A stretch of 61,469 nucleotides of DNA, from assembly GCA_902565955.1 (NCBI GenBank), contig CACFGR010000001.1, forward strand, positions 1-61,469, written 5' to 3'. The notes under the pieces are model-generated. The model saw only the letters and a list, made by a program, of their open reading frames with translations. It had not been told where the DNA came from and ran no database searches. Below, in pieces: positions 55,094-61,469 of this stretch. The DNA comes from an uncultured Pelagibacteraceae bacterium. GTDB lineage: Bacteria > Pseudomonadota > Alphaproteobacteria > Pelagibacterales > AG-422-B15. Every line of letters starts with the position of its first letter. Within the stretch, counting starts at the first letter, position 1. The position numbers and the translations under genes are program-made.

Positions 55094-55562
55094 ATTTTTT
55101 CTGACTATATATAGTTATTAAGTTTATGGGCAGATATAATAAAACCATTATCAGGAAAGATGACAACTCTCCAATAGATAAATAATTAAGCTGGTAATTA
55201 AAATAAATAAATAAATTTTTAAAAATAAATAAAATTAATAATGCCGTAATAAATATAATAAATTTTAATGTTTGTTGTTCGAATATACCATTAATTGAGG
55301 TTATTTGACTTAAAACATAGAAACATAAAAAAATACTTCCAGAGTAACCTAAATTTATTCCGAGCAAAATATCTTGAGAAATACCCCAAGCAAAAAGAAA
55401 AATGGGAACTAACCATTCACTTTCGTTCCATTTTATTGAATATAAAAAAATGGACAGCATTAAAGTAAAATCAATTAGATTAAAATTAAATGCATTGTTT
55501 AATGAAATAAAAAAAAGAAAAAATCCATTTAATAGCAAATAGCCTTTGAATCTTAGACTCAT
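55077..55562 (-). CDS. mreD: Rod shape-determining protein MreD
   Basis: 161-aa hydrophobic protein in the canonical slot between mreC and mrdA. The call rests on position and topology. Confidence 0.65.
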   Translation of the reverse strand: MSLRFKGYLLLNGFFLFFISLNNAFNFNLIDFTLMLSIFLYSIKWNESEWLVPIFLFAWGISQDILLGINLGYSGSIFLCFYVLSQITSINGIFEQQTLKFIIFITALLILFIFKNLFIYFNYQLNYLSIGELSSFLIMVLLYLPINLITIYSQKKYEKIR

Positions 55563-55565
55563 TTA

Positions 55566-56405
55566 TTAACTTTCTTTTTTTAGTTTATAGTTTAATAACT
55601 TCACATGTGATAAAGCTGCTATATTTTCAAATATACTAATCTCTATTTCATTTGACTTTTTTCCAACTACTTGGCCAATTAATTGAAAAGGGGGGAAAAT
55701 TCCGCCTTTTCCTGATGTTGTAACTAAGTCTCCAATGCTAATTTTTTCAATGTGTTCAACAAAATCTATAATTGGATTTTCTCGACCTTGACCTATAAGC
55801 ATTCCATGATAACCCTCTTCAGAAATTATTACTGGAATTCTACTGTTAATGTTGCTTATTAGTAGTACTCGAGAGAGGCTTTCACCAACATGAGATATTC
55901 TTCCAATTATCCCATTAGATCCTAAAACTGGCATATCCACTTTAATATTTTCTTTTTTTCCTGAATTAACAATTAAGGTGCTATTAAAATTATTAGAAAA
56001 ATCACCAACTATTCTTGAAGTTCTATAATCAAATTCAATATCACTAGTTGCGTTTAATAACCTTTCATATTGAGCTATTTTTAGTTTCATAGAAACCATC
56101 TCTTGAAAACCGGCGGAGTCAAGTAATTGCATTTCCTTGAACCTTTGATTTTCTTCATAAATATTTTGAATCTCGTAAATGTTTTTAAGTCCATTTTTAA
56201 TTAAACTAATAGGACTAGAAACAATTGAAGTAATGGAGTAAATGGTATTGATACTTTTAGCTCTAAGTTCGTTTGAGAGATTGCCATTGTCAAACCGTCC
56301 GAAATAAAAAACAAGAGAAAATATGATTAAACCTAAAGGAATAAGAATAGACATATAGCTATTCTTGTTAACATATCTTGAGTAAAAATTACGTGATGTC
56401 CTCAC
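55566..56405 (-). CDS. mreC: Rod shape-determining protein MreC
   Basis: It has a single N-terminal TM helix, a coiled-coil region and a C-terminal beta domain (GIIGRISHVG...VTTSGKGGIFPP). I propose the start at the GTG at 56405, after the mreB stop. The track start at 56477 would overlap mreB by 59 nt. Confidence 0.75.
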   Translation of the reverse strand: MRTSRNFYSRYVNKNSYMSILIPLGLIIFSLVFYFGRFDNGNLSNELRAKSINTIYSITSIVSSPISLIKNGLKNIYEIQNIYEENQRFKEMQLLDSAGFQEMVSMKLKIAQYERLLNATSDIEFDYRTSRIVGDFSNNFNSTLIVNSGKKENIKVDMPVLGSNGIIGRISHVGESLSRVLLISNINSRIPVIISEEGYHGMLIGQGRENPIIDFVEHIEKISIGDLVTTSGKGGIFPPFQLIGQVVGKKSNEIEISIFENIAALSHVKLLNYKLKKES

Positions 56406-56418
56406 TGTCAGACTTAAA

Positions 56419-59033
<2,615 letters not shown>

Positions 59034-59330
59034 CTCTTATCCTCTAAATAAAATAAAATTGTGTTAAAATTAAGTACCCCCTGCAGTAATATTATATTAC
59101 CCAGGGGCTGCTAAGCAGATTTAACAGCAATAGAGATTGGGAAGTGCCATTCTCAACTAATTGATTTTTTAAATTTCTATTCAATTTTGTCACTTTATTT
59201 TATTGCACTCCCTACTTATTTGAGATTACTCGATAATTATATGAAAATTCTTTATTTATCAACGTATTAGTAAAAAAACCTAATTTTTTGCCATAAATCT
59301 AGGAAATTACTAAACTGGAGTTTTACTAAA

Positions 59331-60359
<1,029 letters not shown>

Positions 60360-60866
60360 TTACATCTTTTCTGTTCCGCGTGCAATAGCTACTACGCCAG
60401 TTCTAGATACTTCAGAAAGACCTAATGGCTTCATTAAATCGATAAAGGCATCAATTTTTCTTGGAGAACCATTCAATTCAAAGACGAAAGAATCATGTGT
60501 TGTGTCGATAACTTTGGCTCTGAAAACATCAGATAATCTCATTGACTCTACTCTTTTTTCTCCTGTTGAAACAATTTTTACTAAAGCCATTTCCCTCTCA
60601 ATACCCTGTTTCTCAAATGTAACATTTACTGCTCTTTTTACTGGTACAATTCTTTGCAATTGGCTAATCATTTTGTTTACAGTTTCTTCTGTACCTGGCG
60701 CTACAATTGTAATCCTAGAAATATGCTTTTCTGCATCTACTTCCGCAACTGTGAGACTATCAATATTGTAACCTCTACCAGAAATTAAACCGATTACTCT
60801 AGCAAGCACACCTGGTTCATTATCAACAAGAACTGATACAGTATGTTTTGAAATTAATTCACTCAT
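60360..60866 (-). CDS. ilvN: Acetolactate synthase small (regulatory) subunit
   Basis: 168 aa. It has an ACT domain (LVDNEPGVLARVIGLISGRGYNIDSLTV). It lies between ilvB and ilvC, with a 1-nt overlap with the ilvB stop. Confidence 0.9.
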   Translation of the reverse strand: MSELISKHTVSVLVDNEPGVLARVIGLISGRGYNIDSLTVAEVDAEKHISRITIVAPGTEETVNKMISQLQRIVPVKRAVNVTFEKQGIEREMALVKIVSTGEKRVESMRLSDVFRAKVIDTTHDSFVFELNGSPRKIDAFIDLMKPLGLSEVSRTGVVAIARGTEKM

Positions 60867-61469
60867 TACACTAATACTTTTCCTTCATCTGAGATCTCTT
60901 CCTTTTCTGTTTCATCGCCAAGCAACATTTCATTATGAGCCTTGCCAGAAGGTATCATTGGAAAAACATTTTCATTTTCATCAACTACGCAATCAAATAT
61001 CACAGGACCATCATGATCAATCATTTCATTAATTGCCTTGTCAAGTTCATTTGGGCTTTGGGCCCTTACGCCCTTAGCGCCGTAAGCTTCAGCAAGCTTA
61101 ACAAAATCAGGTAGCGCATCTGTATAGCTATGAGAGTATCTTTTGTCGTGAAGAAGCTCTTGCCACTGCCTTACCATTCCCATGTATTGATTGTTAATAA
61201 TAAAAATCTTAACTGGTAGTTTGTGTTGAATAGCGGTTGACATTTCTTGTATACACATCAGTATTGAAGCTTCTCCCGCTATATCAATTACGAGCTTATC
61301 AGGGTGAGCAACTTGAGCGCCTATTGCAGCTGGCAAACCGAAACCCATAGTGCCCAGTCCTCCAGATGTAATCCATCTGTTGGGTCTATTAAATTTGTAA
61401 TATTGCGCGGCCCACATTTGATGCTGACCAACCTCAGTAGTTACAAAAACATCTTTTTCCTTGGTCAGT
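60866..61469 (-). CDS. ilvB: Acetolactate synthase large (catalytic) subunit, C-terminal part. The N-terminus lies beyond the window edge.
   Basis: The frame stays open to the window end (...[15 protein letters not shown]). The ThDP motif region is [16 protein letters not shown]...[13 protein letters not shown]. Confidence 0.9.
   Translation of the reverse strand, partial: LTKEKDVFVTTEVGQHQMWAAQYYKFNRPNRWITSGGLGTMGFGLPAAIGAQVAHPDKLVIDIAGEASILMCIQEMSTAIQHKLPVKIFIINNQYMGMVRQWQELLHDKRYSHSYTDALPDFVKLAEAYGAKGVRAQSPNELDKAINEMIDHDGPVIFDCVVDENENVFPMIPSGKAHNEMLLGDETEKEEISDEGKVLV

Noticed and set aside
59121-59150. Mini-ORF MALPNLYCC in the leuA leader as a leucine attenuation leader peptide
   Set aside because: It has only two Leu codons, and they are not consecutive. 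It does not resemble Leu-run leader peptides. It is probably fortuitous.

Overview
This is a gene-dense, strongly AT-rich bacterial chromosomal segment. It holds about 65 CDS, mostly on the minus strand. Many neighbouring genes share 1-8 nt stop/start overlaps (ATGA, TAATG). I recognised no transcription factors, rRNA or tRNA genes, CRISPR arrays, integrases or transposases. The gene content and streamlined layout resemble a marine SAR11/Pelagibacterales-type alphaproteobacterium; this is inference, not a database result.

Main blocks:
- **1-16.3 kb:** glycine-betaine uptake (proX, a fused proW, and a divergent proV) and stepwise demethylation (BHMT-like methyltransferase, dimethylglycine dehydrogenase-like enzyme, sarcosine oxidase beta, GcvT/DmdA-like enzyme). 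A five-gene putative copper-handling cassette (SCO1, Cys-rich lipoprotein, PCuAC, Met-rich DUF2182, DUF1326) interrupts this block.
- **16.4-24.2 kb:** a tightly coupled hydrolase/oxidoreductase operon downstream of proV, followed by a MatB-like ligase and an enolase-superfamily enzyme.
- **24.2-30.4 kb:** msrA and a second C1 island (GcvT paralog, short MTHFR-like protein, formate-THF ligase, acyl-CoA synthetase).
- **30.4-37.8 kb:** a BVMO-type monooxygenase, two methyltransferases, a TrxR-like FNR, a split DUF1214/DUF1254 pair, a 2Fe-2S ferredoxin, a structured GC-rich intergenic region, and a DUF1611/epimerase (DgcN/DgcA-like) pair.
- **37.8-46.3 kb:** housekeeping and accessory genes (rpmF, hisI, MFS transporter, haloalkane dehalogenase, nitroreductase, recX, lpxB, two SDRs, a GNAT), plus an unlisted 43-aa basic ORF.
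- **46.3-52.1 kb:** an amino-acid/opine-type ABC importer with no ATPase gene, two tandem paralogous small membrane proteins, an FAD monooxygenase, and a glycine-amidinotransferase homolog.
- **52.1-61.5 kb:** rodA-mrdA-mreDCB, then leuA and ilvC-ilvN-ilvB (partial).

The best candidates for undescribed biology are the copper-type cassette with its Met-rich DUF2182 protein, the tandem small membrane proteins with an intercistronic hairpin, and the structured leader or sRNA upstream of the ferredoxin gene. All family calls come from motif recognition by eye and need HMM or BLAST confirmation.
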